A program made the translations under genes and the position numbers. Below are positions 10,398 to 24,394 of a DNA stretch of 64,000 nt, piece by piece. The DNA comes from Lachnospiraceae bacterium (lineage in GTDB: Bacteria; Bacillota; Clostridia; Lachnospirales; Lachnospiraceae): positions 3,872 to 67,871 of the forward strand of contig VSNJ01000001.1 in assembly GCA_009774235.1 (NCBI GenBank), in the 5' to 3' direction. Position 1 is the first letter of the stretch. Every line of letters begins with the position of its first letter. Below the pieces are notes generated by a model. That model had not been told where the DNA came from. It made no database searches and was given only the letters and a program-made list of their open reading frames with translations.

Positions 10398-11418
10398 ATT
10401 TATCTTTATTAAGAAAATCATTAACGTTATCGCTTGTAACTTTAGAATAAGGCAGATAGGTATATTTATTGGTTATTTCTTTTTTAGATATAATTTCAAC
10501 AGCCAGTTTTGCTATTGCAGCTGCCTGTCCTTCTTTATCATTGTATACAGTTCCTGCAAGTTCAAGGTCTTTTACTGCATTTAATCCAACATCAGTTCCA
10601 TCTATTCCAAAAAATACAGGTAAAGCAGATTCTGTATAGTTTAATTTTTTATATGCATCAATAGCTCCAAGAGCCATATCATCATTATTTGCCAGGACAA
10701 GTTCAATATTATTCTGGTGCTGGCTTATTATATGCATCATACGGTTCTGTGCCTGTGCACGGTTCCAGTTTGCAATGCCACAACATAGCTTTTCAAGTTC
10801 AATGCCATTATTTTTTAAGGTGTCAACTGCATTTTCTGTGCGGATAATGGCATCCTGGTGGCCAGGTTCTCCTTCAAGTACTGCATACTGGATTTTTCCA
10901 TCTTTGTTCCTGTCTATATTTTTATTTGCCTGTATTGCACTCAAAGCAAGTTCTCCTTGCATTATACCAGACTGTTTTGCATCTGCCCCAACATAATAAA
11001 GCATTTCCCAACGCATCATATCTTCTGCGACGGGTTCCCTGTTAAAGAAGATAATTGGTACATTATTTTCTTTAGCAAGGTTAATAATTTCTGATGGGTC
11101 TGCCCTGTCTACAAGATTTACACAAAGTATATTACAGCCAGCATTAATTAGTTCCTGTACCTGGTCATCCTGTGTACGTTGTGAACCAGCAGCATCCCGT
11201 ATTGTCATTGTAACTTCAAAATTATCATTTTCAAATTGGCTGAGTTTATCTTTAAGACATGTAACAAGCTGGTTAATAAATGTATCACTTTGGTTATAAC
11301 ATGTTATTCCAAGATAAAGTTTATCTGGTGTATCTTGTTGTTGCTTTCCACAGGCACATAATAGTATTATAATTGTATAAAAGATAATTACTGATGTCCA
11401 AATGTTTTTAAATTTCAT
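10396..11418 (-). CDS. Galactose-binding (MglB-like) lipoprotein, probable sensor partner of the TCS
   Basis: Lipobox-like LCAC; NLVD, PIIFFNREP, YYVGADA, DRNKDG, GEPGHQDA, NNDDMA in canonical MglB order. Confidence 0.85.
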   Translation of the reverse strand: MKFKNIWTSVIIFYTIIILLCACGKQQQDTPDKLYLGITCYNQSDTFINQLVTCLKDKLSQFENDNFEVTMTIRDAAGSQRTQDDQVQELINAGCNILCVNLVDRADPSEIINLAKENNVPIIFFNREPVAEDMMRWEMLYYVGADAKQSGIMQGELALSAIQANKNIDRNKDGKIQYAVLEGEPGHQDAIIRTENAVDTLKNNGIELEKLCCGIANWNRAQAQNRMMHIISQHQNNIELVLANNDDMALGAIDAYKKLNYTESALPVFFGIDGTDVGLNAVKDLELAGTVYNDKEGQAAAIAKLAVEIISKKEITNKYTYLPYSKVTSDNVNDFLNKDK

Positions 11419-11433
11419 AAAATACCTCTGTTT

Positions 11434-12408
11434 TTACTGGCTCATTGTGAAGATGATTTCCTGGTTCTTCTGGGAGAATAATTCATCTCTGCGTATTATT
11501 GTGTATGAAACAGTTATATCTTTCATTTTACGGAAATAATATTTAAGACTTTCTGCCGTTTCTGTTAAACTTTTATAACCTGTACTAAATTCATCAGGTA
11601 CTACCAGGCATCTTATAATACCTGTATCAAGATAATAAATTGCTTCTGTAGAATGGCCTATTCCATATACAAGTGCTCCATGTAAGTTATTAGCAGCTGA
11701 ATACCCGCTTGCTGTTACCAGGCTCTGGTCATCAAGGGCAATTACAATATCAACCTTTGGTTGTTTATCTAATGTATTTTCTTCTGGTTCTTTGAAAGAA
11801 CCAGAAATAGTCCAGGATATTTTGGCATCTTTGTCTTTTAATACATCCTGGAATCCGTTTATTCTGTTAATAATATCTTCCTGGACAGAAGTTTCTGTAA
11901 TAATTCCTAATGTTTTTCCAGTTATATTTCCATTATAATCTTTTAATAATTCTTCTGCCAGGGATTTTCCCATAAGGTAATTGTCAGGCTCTGTAACTGG
12001 AAGCATAGATTCAGGTTTATTTTTGGATGCAGTAGTGCCTATAAGCATTACTGGAATTTTATTTTCAATTTTTTTTAAAATATTTTCAATTTTGTTATCT
12101 GGAACAGGTTTTATAATTAATGCGTCAGTTCCATTTTCTATTTCACGTTTTATTATATTGGTTTCTTCTTCTGCAGATGATATATTGCCTGTACTTACAA
12201 AAAATATTTCAGTATCCTGGTCTTCTGCTGCCATTTTAAGTCCATATTTAAATGCTGTCCATTGGTTATCATTTGAGTTTGGTACAATTACAGAAATTTT
12301 GTGTAAATCTTTTTTGCTGTTTTCCTTAAGCATAATAAAAGCCATGGCAATAACCATTACAGCCATTATGGCTTCAATAGAAATAAATAATTTTTTATTA
12401 TTTTTCAT
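11434..12408 (-). CDS. Membrane-anchored sugar-binding protein (Peripla_BP type)
   Basis: N-terminal TM; QWTAFKYGLKMAA, DNYLMGKSLAE; lies in TCS operon. Confidence 0.75.
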   Translation of the reverse strand: MKNNKKLFISIEAIMAVMVIAMAFIMLKENSKKDLHKISVIVPNSNDNQWTAFKYGLKMAAEDQDTEIFFVSTGNISSAEEETNIIKREIENGTDALIIKPVPDNKIENILKKIENKIPVMLIGTTASKNKPESMLPVTEPDNYLMGKSLAEELLKDYNGNITGKTLGIITETSVQEDIINRINGFQDVLKDKDAKISWTISGSFKEPEENTLDKQPKVDIVIALDDQSLVTASGYSAANNLHGALVYGIGHSTEAIYYLDTGIIRCLVVPDEFSTGYKSLTETAESLKYYFRKMKDITVSYTIIRRDELFSQKNQEIIFTMSQ

Positions 12409-12436
12409 TTATAATTATCCTATATTTTGTTGCTAA

Positions 12437-12591
12437 TACAATGTTTCGCAATTCCTTATACACTAAGTATCCGTTATTTATGACAGTATTGCGTTGTCAT
12501 AAATCTCCATAGACCACTATGGCTCATTTCTTTGTCTTGGTCTGACATAAATGTCAAATACTTAGTATATGGGAATTAACGAAACGTTGTA
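12437..12591. repeat. Long terminal IR enclosing three hairpins
   Basis: IR 12437-12470/12558-12591; inner ATTTATGACA..TGTCATAAAT, CCATAG..CTATGG, TGACAT..ATGTCA. Confidence 0.7.
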
Positions 12592-12599
12592 CTATGCAT

Positions 12600-14423
12600 T
12601 TATTCATTGATAAATATATTTCCTTTTTCAAGAATTTTGCTATTTTCTTCTGTATAAGGTATTGCAGGGATACATATTGAAACAGTAGTTCCTTCATCTG
12701 GTTCACTTTCAATAGTAAGTCCATATTGTTTGCCAAATAGAATCTGGATACGGTTATTGACATTGACAAGCCCTACACCTGAACCATGTTTGTGTACACG
12801 GTTACTATCTGTAAGCAGTAGAAGCACTTCTTCTTCTGGTATGCCAGTACCATTATCTGAAACTGCAAGAATAATATTTTCATCATTCTTTTTTCCAGAG
12901 ACTGTTATTTCTCCACATTCATACATATCATTTATGCCATAATTAACTGCATTTTCAAGTATTGGCTGTAGAACTAGTTTTACAGTACAATAGGAGTATA
13001 TCTCAGTTTCTATGTCAAATTTAATGGAAAATGAATTTTTATAGCGTATTTTCTGTATATTCATATAACTTTGTGCATGTTGTAGTTCATCTTTTACACT
13101 AATTATTGTGCGTCCTTTAGAAAGGCTTATACGGAAAAGCCTGGCGAGTTCAGAAATCATAAATACTGCGTCGTCATTACGTTCCCCTTCAATCATCCAG
13201 GTAATAGAATCAAGGGCATTGTAAAGAAAGTGTGGGTTAATCTGGCTCTGAAGTGCATCAAGTTCACTTTTTCTTCTTTCATTCTGTTCCATTATAATTT
13301 TTTGCATAAGCATATCAATCTGTTCATAAGATTGTTGTATTGAATATCCAAGATGCCTGATTTCAATAGAGCCACCAATATAGATTTCTGGTTTTTCACC
13401 TGCTTCATATTCCATAACAGAATCACTTAATTTTAAAATAGGGCTTGATATCCTGACTGAAACAACACGGTTAATAACTGCCAGCATCATTGCCATTAAA
13501 AGAATAATCATAATAATAAAGTAACGGGTGTTAAACATGCCATGTGTAAATGTAGAATATGGAATTACACCCACAAGTTTCCATCCTGTATAACTTATTG
13601 TGCTGACAATAAGTTTACGTTGTTCCCCGTCAAAAGTTTCATCATATACACCATCTTTGTAGCTGGCAGCTTTTATACTATTTTCACTGGAAATGCCTTT
13701 GCTAATCTGTATTTGCCGCATATGGTATATTATTTGTCCGTTTTTGTCACAAAGATAATAATACTGTCCATTATTTGATGTATTGATTTGTTTCATCATC
13801 CGTGAAATACTGGAATAATCCATGTCAACAAGCAAGACACCAGTAATAGGTACACCATTATTTGTAAGTTCTACAACACGGCTTAATGAAATAACCCAGT
13901 AGTAACGCAGGGAAGTATCATCAAACAAATTCTGTATATGAGGGGTAGAAAAGTGCATATTTTCCATTTTTTCCATAGCTTTTTTGTACCAGTCCTGTTT
14001 TGTGACATCAGGGTCTTCTTTTTGTAGTGCGACTGGTTCTGCTGCCATCAGGCTTCCGTAGTTGTTATATATGGCAATGCTTCTTAAATTATCCCTGTTT
14101 GCTTCATATAAAAGATTCATTCCCTGCTGTATATTATCTTCTTTATTTGATAAATCACATTCTTTTATAACATTGTAATAGACAGCATCTGATATCTGCC
14201 TCATACTTACAAGATAATCTTCAAGGTTTTCTACAGTCTGTTCCATAAGTTTCTGTGTGCTTTGTATTATTTCCTGCCTGGATGAAGCAGAAAACCTTAA
14301 ATATACTACAATTCCAAGAACTAACATAATGGAAACAGATATAGCAGAGAATGCAACCATAATTGTTGATTGCATTCCTGTTGGTTTAAATTTTTTTATG
14401 TGCTGTAAAAGTTTACTTTTCAT
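12600..14423 (-). CDS. YesM-like sensor histidine kinase (Cache, HAMP, His_kinase)
   Basis: LQSQINPHFLYNALD, LQPILENA, DNGTG, GVGLVNV; start moved to ATG 14423 (GGAG RBS). Confidence 0.92.
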   Translation of the reverse strand: MKSKLLQHIKKFKPTGMQSTIMVAFSAISVSIMLVLGIVVYLRFSASSRQEIIQSTQKLMEQTVENLEDYLVSMRQISDAVYYNVIKECDLSNKEDNIQQGMNLLYEANRDNLRSIAIYNNYGSLMAAEPVALQKEDPDVTKQDWYKKAMEKMENMHFSTPHIQNLFDDTSLRYYWVISLSRVVELTNNGVPITGVLLVDMDYSSISRMMKQINTSNNGQYYYLCDKNGQIIYHMRQIQISKGISSENSIKAASYKDGVYDETFDGEQRKLIVSTISYTGWKLVGVIPYSTFTHGMFNTRYFIIMIILLMAMMLAVINRVVSVRISSPILKLSDSVMEYEAGEKPEIYIGGSIEIRHLGYSIQQSYEQIDMLMQKIIMEQNERRKSELDALQSQINPHFLYNALDSITWMIEGERNDDAVFMISELARLFRISLSKGRTIISVKDELQHAQSYMNIQKIRYKNSFSIKFDIETEIYSYCTVKLVLQPILENAVNYGINDMYECGEITVSGKKNDENIILAVSDNGTGIPEEEVLLLLTDSNRVHKHGSGVGLVNVNNRIQILFGKQYGLTIESEPDEGTTVSICIPAIPYTEENSKILEKGNIFINE

Positions 14424-16023
14424 TTTCTGTATGCTCCGTTCTATATTTTGAAGGAGATACGCCAAAACATCTTTTAAATACATAACTAAAATAATTAGGG
14501 TCTGTGTAGCCAACATTTTTTGCTATTATATAGCTTTTTTCATTTGTTTCAAGAAGCATACACGATGCCCTGTCCATTCTGTAATCTGTTAAATAGGTTA
14601 TAAATGAGTTTCCAGTCTCTTTTTTAAATATTGTAGAAAAGTAGGAATTTGATACGCCAAGTACATTGCAAACACTGTCAAGTGAAAGTTCTTCATCTGT
14701 ATAATTATTATGGACATATTCCTTAGCTTTATCTACAAGGGATTGTGTTGACTTATTCCGTGCAACAATTAATTTATCATGGCAGGAAAGGCTGATACCA
14801 ACAAGCCACTTTTGTAATGCATCAGGTTCTAAATCAAGAAGGCTGCCATACAATTTCTTGATGTCTGTTGAAAAATCTTCTATGTCAATGTCATTATTAA
14901 TTGAAAATTTATATAATGTGCTTATCAGTTCCATAACATAAATATGGTGCTGGTGTAAAGATTTTTTTGGAAAAAGTGTATGGTCAAGATATTTGCCAAC
15001 TGCTTTTATTACATCTTTTTCAGAACCTAGCCGTATTATTTTAAAAAGGTTAGATAGTTCCATGTCGTTTGAAGGACTGGATTTATCTATTTTCTGTGGA
15101 ACAATTTCTTTTATATTAATTGCCCTCGAAGCACCATAAATTACACGGTATGATACTGCTACCCTGGCACTTCTATAAGACTGTGATAATTCAAGTATAT
15201 TTCTGCAGGTTTTACCAACTCCAATAGTTACAACAGCACCAATAATACGTTTTGCATATTTACAGAACCTGTCACATTCATCTGTAAGTTCAGAAATCAT
15301 GCTTTCGTTTTTTAGCTGTGGAATTAGAACTGTATTTCCAAGGTAAGAAAAACATTTTGCCTGCCATTTTTCTGCAAGACGTTCTTTTGCCTGTTTCTGG
15401 ACAGAGGTGGATAAAAGTAAAGGGTTCATGTCTTGTGGAACTGGGTTTGAAGAGGTGTGTATTACAAGGCAGCAGAAAAATGGTCCAGGAAAAGAGAGTT
15501 GGTAATCAGAAAGATATTTTGGAATTTCGTGTTCATTAATTCTTCCTTCAATTAGTGAAGAATAGAAGTCTGCTTGTAAAAGTGGCAGTGACTCCAAATA
15601 ATATTTCTGTAATATTTCTACATTTCTTTTTTCGTTTATTTCCTGGTCAAGTTTTATCTTAAGCTGTTTAAATACATTAGTTAATTCTATGGAATTAACA
15701 GGTTTTAGTATATATTCTTCAACTTCAAGATGTACAGCTTCTTTTGCATACTCAAATTCATCAAAGCCAGTGAAAAATAAAATTTTGGTTGCTGGAAAAC
15801 CAGCTTTAATACGGTTGGAAAGCTCTATGCCATCCATATATGGCATTTTGATATCAGTCATAACAACATCAGGTTGTAATTCTTCTATTATTTCTAAAGC
15901 TTTTACTCCGTTATTAGCATATCCAATTACTGAGAAACCAAGTTCTTCCCAGTTAATTTTTTTGATAATTACTTGTATTACGTCTTCCTCATCATCTGCC
16001 AGAAGTATTGTATATTTATCCAT
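14413..16023 (-). CDS. YesN-like response regulator (REC plus AraC HTH)
   Basis: LLADDE, TDIKMPYMDG, C-terminal YFSTIFKKETG..VGYTDPNYFS; start ATG 16023. Confidence 0.92.
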   Translation of the reverse strand: MDKYTILLADDEEDVIQVIIKKINWEELGFSVIGYANNGVKALEIIEELQPDVVMTDIKMPYMDGIELSNRIKAGFPATKILFFTGFDEFEYAKEAVHLEVEEYILKPVNSIELTNVFKQLKIKLDQEINEKRNVEILQKYYLESLPLLQADFYSSLIEGRINEHEIPKYLSDYQLSFPGPFFCCLVIHTSSNPVPQDMNPLLLSTSVQKQAKERLAEKWQAKCFSYLGNTVLIPQLKNESMISELTDECDRFCKYAKRIIGAVVTIGVGKTCRNILELSQSYRSARVAVSYRVIYGASRAINIKEIVPQKIDKSSPSNDMELSNLFKIIRLGSEKDVIKAVGKYLDHTLFPKKSLHQHHIYVMELISTLYKFSINNDIDIEDFSTDIKKLYGSLLDLEPDALQKWLVGISLSCHDKLIVARNKSTQSLVDKAKEYVHNNYTDEELSLDSVCNVLGVSNSYFSTIFKKETGNSFITYLTDYRMDRASCMLLETNEKSYIIAKNVGYTDPNYFSYVFKRCFGVSPSKYRTEHTENEK

Positions 16024-16110
16024 ATTCCTATCTCCATATATATGAATTACTGGATTAGTTTTTATAATTATATCAAAACCATTGATAAAAGTAAATAAAT
16101 GCATTATATA

Positions 16111-16150
16111 AAAACAGCAGCCACTGTTTTTTCCAGATAACTGCTGTTTT
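16111..16150 (-). terminator. Terminator hairpin after beta-galactosidase gene
   Basis: AAAACAGCAG..CTGCTGTTTT. Confidence 0.5.
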
Positions 16151-16195
16151 CATTATATAGTTTTTCAAGAGGTTTTCTTATGTATTTTATATGGG

Positions 16196-20854
<4,659 letters not shown>

Positions 20855-21081
20855 TTACATATAATTTATCTTACTTTAACCTTACTATTTAAGTCCCGCC
20901 ACTTAATAAGTGGGGGACTTGTATATTTTAGAGGGTGTATAAACTTTTGCTGGAAGCCCAGGCAGGTTATTTTTTTAATTCCCTCCTTTCATGCCTGTTG
21001 TTCCAGGTAAGATAATTGTATTAAATCTCTTTAATAAAAAACATTAAAGAAGACATACAAAGATAGCTTGCAAGATAAGTT

Positions 21082-22737
21082 TTATTTTTTCTGTACATAT
21101 TTCAGACAGTCAAGTGTTACTGATATAAGTATTATTATTCCTGAAAATACAAACTGCAGGTTTGTATCAATACCAAGTATGGTAAGTGAATAGGTAAGTG
21201 CTGTAAAAATAAATACACCTGCTACTACACCTGAAATTTTACCAATACCACCAGTGAAAGATACACCTCCTACTACACAGGCAGCGATTGCATCCATCTC
21301 CCAGCCTTGCCCATAAGTAGCAGAACCAGAACCAACCATTCTTGCACATTCAAGCCATGAGCCAAATCCATAGAGGATACCTGCCAGGACAAATGCGCCA
21401 ACTGTTACTTTGAATACAGAAATACCTGATACTGATGCTGCTTCTGGGTTTCCTCCGACAGCGTACAGGTTTTTGCCAAATGTTGTTTTATTCCAGATAA
21501 ACCATACTATTGCTATTGCTGCTGCTGCCCAGAGAATAATTGTTGGGAAGCCGTTTATTTTTGGAATAATCATATTAGGGATTACTGGTTCAATAGCACC
21601 AAATGACACACCCTTTGTTGCATATGTAACAAGCCCGAAGATTACAAGCATGTTTGCCATAGTAGAGATAAATGGGTGCATTTTAAATTTGGCAGTAAAG
21701 AAACCTGCAATGGCAGTAAAGAATGTACATAAAACAATACACATAAACAGTGCAAATATTACTCTTATGCCTATAGGCAGGCTTGTAAAGTCAAATACAT
21801 GGCCAAAAACGGAGCCTGTATTAATCCCCTGGTGCATAATTATAGTTGCGGTTGTTATGCCCATGCCTACCATACGTCCAATGGAAAGGTCCGTACCTGT
21901 AAGAAGAATTAATCCTGCAACACCAAGGGCAAGGAACATTCTTGGTGAAGCCTGCTGCAGAATATTTAAAACATTGTTGTAAGTAAGCAGTGGTGAATCT
22001 TTTATAATTGGGGTTATTATACACAACATAATAAATATAAGTATTATAGCAATATACAAGCCATTCTGGAGCAAAAATGCCCTGCGGTTAAATGTATATT
22101 TATAATTTTCCCATTTCTGTGCCCTTGTTTCCATAAATGTGAATTTTGACATACGGAGCAAGTCAAGAAGATGGTATTTATAAGTATATGCTGCATGTTT
22201 TCTGTCTTTTATCTGTTGAAGGTCTTTTTCAAGCCCCATTTTGGCATCAAAAAGCCGGTTTTTATAAACATAATTTTCATCTTTTATTTCCTGGTGGTCA
22301 GAAAGTTTTGAAATATTTTCCTGGTGTTCTTGTTTAAGTTTTGCAACTTTTGCCTGGTATTTATCTTTTGCCTCTTCTTTTGCGGAAACACAGTTTTCTC
22401 TTATAGGCTGGTAATAGTCTTTATCAAAGTGCATTTTTAAATAAGCTTCAGCATCAGATATTAATTTTGACACTTCATCTTTGTTTTTAGACTCAACTGC
22501 CTTTGCTTTTTCAAGCGCTGCCATGTCTTCTGCAATCTTTTTATCTTTTTCTCCTTTTGAAAGAGTACGGTCTTTTTTTGTTGTGCTAATATTATTTTGA
22601 AGAAAGATAATCCTGTCTGTCCCTTCTGCCCTGAGATTGTCAATTTTTGACTGGATTTTCCCTATATAATCATCTATTGGCTTGCGCAGCTGCATTTCTT
22701 GTTTATCTGTAAGAATTGTACTGTTTTTATTATCCAT
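21082..22737 (-). CDS. mglC: Galactoside ABC transporter permease with long soluble N-terminal extension
   Basis: GTDLSIGR, YAVGGNPEAASVSGI, EMDAIAACVVGGVSFTGGIG. Confidence 0.9.
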   Translation of the reverse strand: MDNKNSTILTDKQEMQLRKPIDDYIGKIQSKIDNLRAEGTDRIIFLQNNISTTKKDRTLSKGEKDKKIAEDMAALEKAKAVESKNKDEVSKLISDAEAYLKMHFDKDYYQPIRENCVSAKEEAKDKYQAKVAKLKQEHQENISKLSDHQEIKDENYVYKNRLFDAKMGLEKDLQQIKDRKHAAYTYKYHLLDLLRMSKFTFMETRAQKWENYKYTFNRRAFLLQNGLYIAIILIFIMLCIITPIIKDSPLLTYNNVLNILQQASPRMFLALGVAGLILLTGTDLSIGRMVGMGITTATIIMHQGINTGSVFGHVFDFTSLPIGIRVIFALFMCIVLCTFFTAIAGFFTAKFKMHPFISTMANMLVIFGLVTYATKGVSFGAIEPVIPNMIIPKINGFPTIILWAAAAIAIVWFIWNKTTFGKNLYAVGGNPEAASVSGISVFKVTVGAFVLAGILYGFGSWLECARMVGSGSATYGQGWEMDAIAACVVGGVSFTGGIGKISGVVAGVFIFTALTYSLTILGIDTNLQFVFSGIIILISVTLDCLKYVQKK

Positions 22738-22754
22738 CTTTATTCATCTCCCTT

Positions 22755-24263
22755 TTATAGGTATTTTGCACTAAGTCTTAAAAGCTCTTCCTGGTCTGTT
22801 TCTTTTGTGTTGACAATTCCAGAAAGATGTCCGTTTGACATAACGCCGATGCGGTTTGTAATTCCAAGAATTTCTGGCATTTCGGAAGAAACAACAATAA
22901 TTGTTTTCCCTTGTTTCGCCATATTGATAATTAATTCATAGATTTCATATTTTGCACCAACATCTATTCCTCGTGTAGGCTCATCCATCATAAATACTTT
23001 TGGATTACGTTCCAGCCATTTTCCTATAATAACTTTCTGCTGGTTGCCGCCAGAAAGGCTTGAAATCATATCTTCCGGACCCATACATTTTGTATGCATA
23101 ATTTTGATTTCTTTGGCCGTTGCTTTAACCATTTTAGAATCAGAAAGTACCATACCAGATTTATACTGGTCTAAATTCGCAATTGTAGTATTAAAAGTAA
23201 GGTCAGCCTTTAAAAAGAGCCCATTTGCCTTACGTTCCTCAGTGACCATCGCAAAACCATTATCCATTGCGTCCTTCGGGCCATTAAAATTCATAAGGTG
23301 GTTATTAAAATAAACACGCCCTGCTGCTCTTGTACGTACGCCAAAAATAGTTTCTAAAAGTTCTGTACGTCCAGCACCAACCAGCCCATATAATCCAAAG
23401 ATTTCCCCTTCTTTTACATCAAATGTGATATCCTGTAAATATGGTTCAAATTTTGTGGACAAATGCTGTATAGATAAAATAGTATCTTTTGGTATATTGT
23501 CAACTGGAGGGAAACGGTTTTCGAGAGAACGGCCAACCATGGCAGCTATTAATTCATTCATATTTGTATCTTTGCTGCTTTTTGTCATAACAAGGTTGCC
23601 ATCACGCAGAACAGATATTTCGTCGCATATTTCAAATATTTCATCCATTTTATGTGAAATATAAATAAGGGAAATACCTTGTTCTTTTAACATTCTCATC
23701 ATTTCAAAAAGTTTATCTACTTCCTGCACTGTAAGTGAAGAAGTTGGTTCATCAAGAACAATTACTTTTGAATTATAGGAAATTGCCTTGGCAATTTCGC
23801 ACATCTGTCTTTGTGATACAGACATATTACGCATAGGCTGGGTAAGGTTCACAGTCATTCCTAGCTTTCTGAAAAGTTCGGAAGCTTCTTTTTTCATTCT
23901 GCCTTCATCAATTATGCCAAGAGAATTGACAGGATAGCGTCCAAGGAATAAATTATCCATTACATTTCTTTCAAGACATTGGTTTAATTCCTGGTGAACC
24001 ATTGCAATACCATTTTCAAGGGCATCTTTTGGTCCAGAGAAGCTTACTTCTTTGCCATCAAGGAAGATATTACCTTCATCTTTCTGGTATGTGCCAAAAA
24101 GGCACTTCATCATTGTTGATTTGCCAGCCCCGTTCTCACCCATAAGACCCATAACCGTTCCTCGTTTCAAATCCAGGTTTATGTGGTCAAGAACCCTGTT
24201 ACGGCCAAAGGACTTGCTCATGCCACGTATTGATAAAACAATATTATTTTTATTATTTTCCAT
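22755..24263 (-). CDS. mglA: Galactoside ABC transporter ATPase (double ABC)
   Basis: GENGAGKS, DEPTSSL, LSGGNQQK, DEPTRGIDVG. Confidence 0.93.
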   Translation of the reverse strand: MENNKNNIVLSIRGMSKSFGRNRVLDHINLDLKRGTVMGLMGENGAGKSTMMKCLFGTYQKDEGNIFLDGKEVSFSGPKDALENGIAMVHQELNQCLERNVMDNLFLGRYPVNSLGIIDEGRMKKEASELFRKLGMTVNLTQPMRNMSVSQRQMCEIAKAISYNSKVIVLDEPTSSLTVQEVDKLFEMMRMLKEQGISLIYISHKMDEIFEICDEISVLRDGNLVMTKSSKDTNMNELIAAMVGRSLENRFPPVDNIPKDTILSIQHLSTKFEPYLQDITFDVKEGEIFGLYGLVGAGRTELLETIFGVRTRAAGRVYFNNHLMNFNGPKDAMDNGFAMVTEERKANGLFLKADLTFNTTIANLDQYKSGMVLSDSKMVKATAKEIKIMHTKCMGPEDMISSLSGGNQQKVIIGKWLERNPKVFMMDEPTRGIDVGAKYEIYELIINMAKQGKTIIVVSSEMPEILGITNRIGVMSNGHLSGIVNTKETDQEELLRLSAKYL

Positions 24264-24296
24264 TATTTTTACTCCTGTATATTGATATGTATAAGT

Positions 24297-24353
24297 ACCA
24301 GGGCGTACCTGTAAACTGTCTTTATAAAATATGTTTCAGGCCCCGCCCTGGTT
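24297..24353. promoter_or_regulatory. Intercistronic stem-loop after binding-protein gene
   Basis: ACCAGGGCG..CGCCCTGGT. Confidence 0.5.
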
Positions 24354-24394
24354 CAACGGTTACAATGTTATCTTATTTTAATAGTTATTATAAA

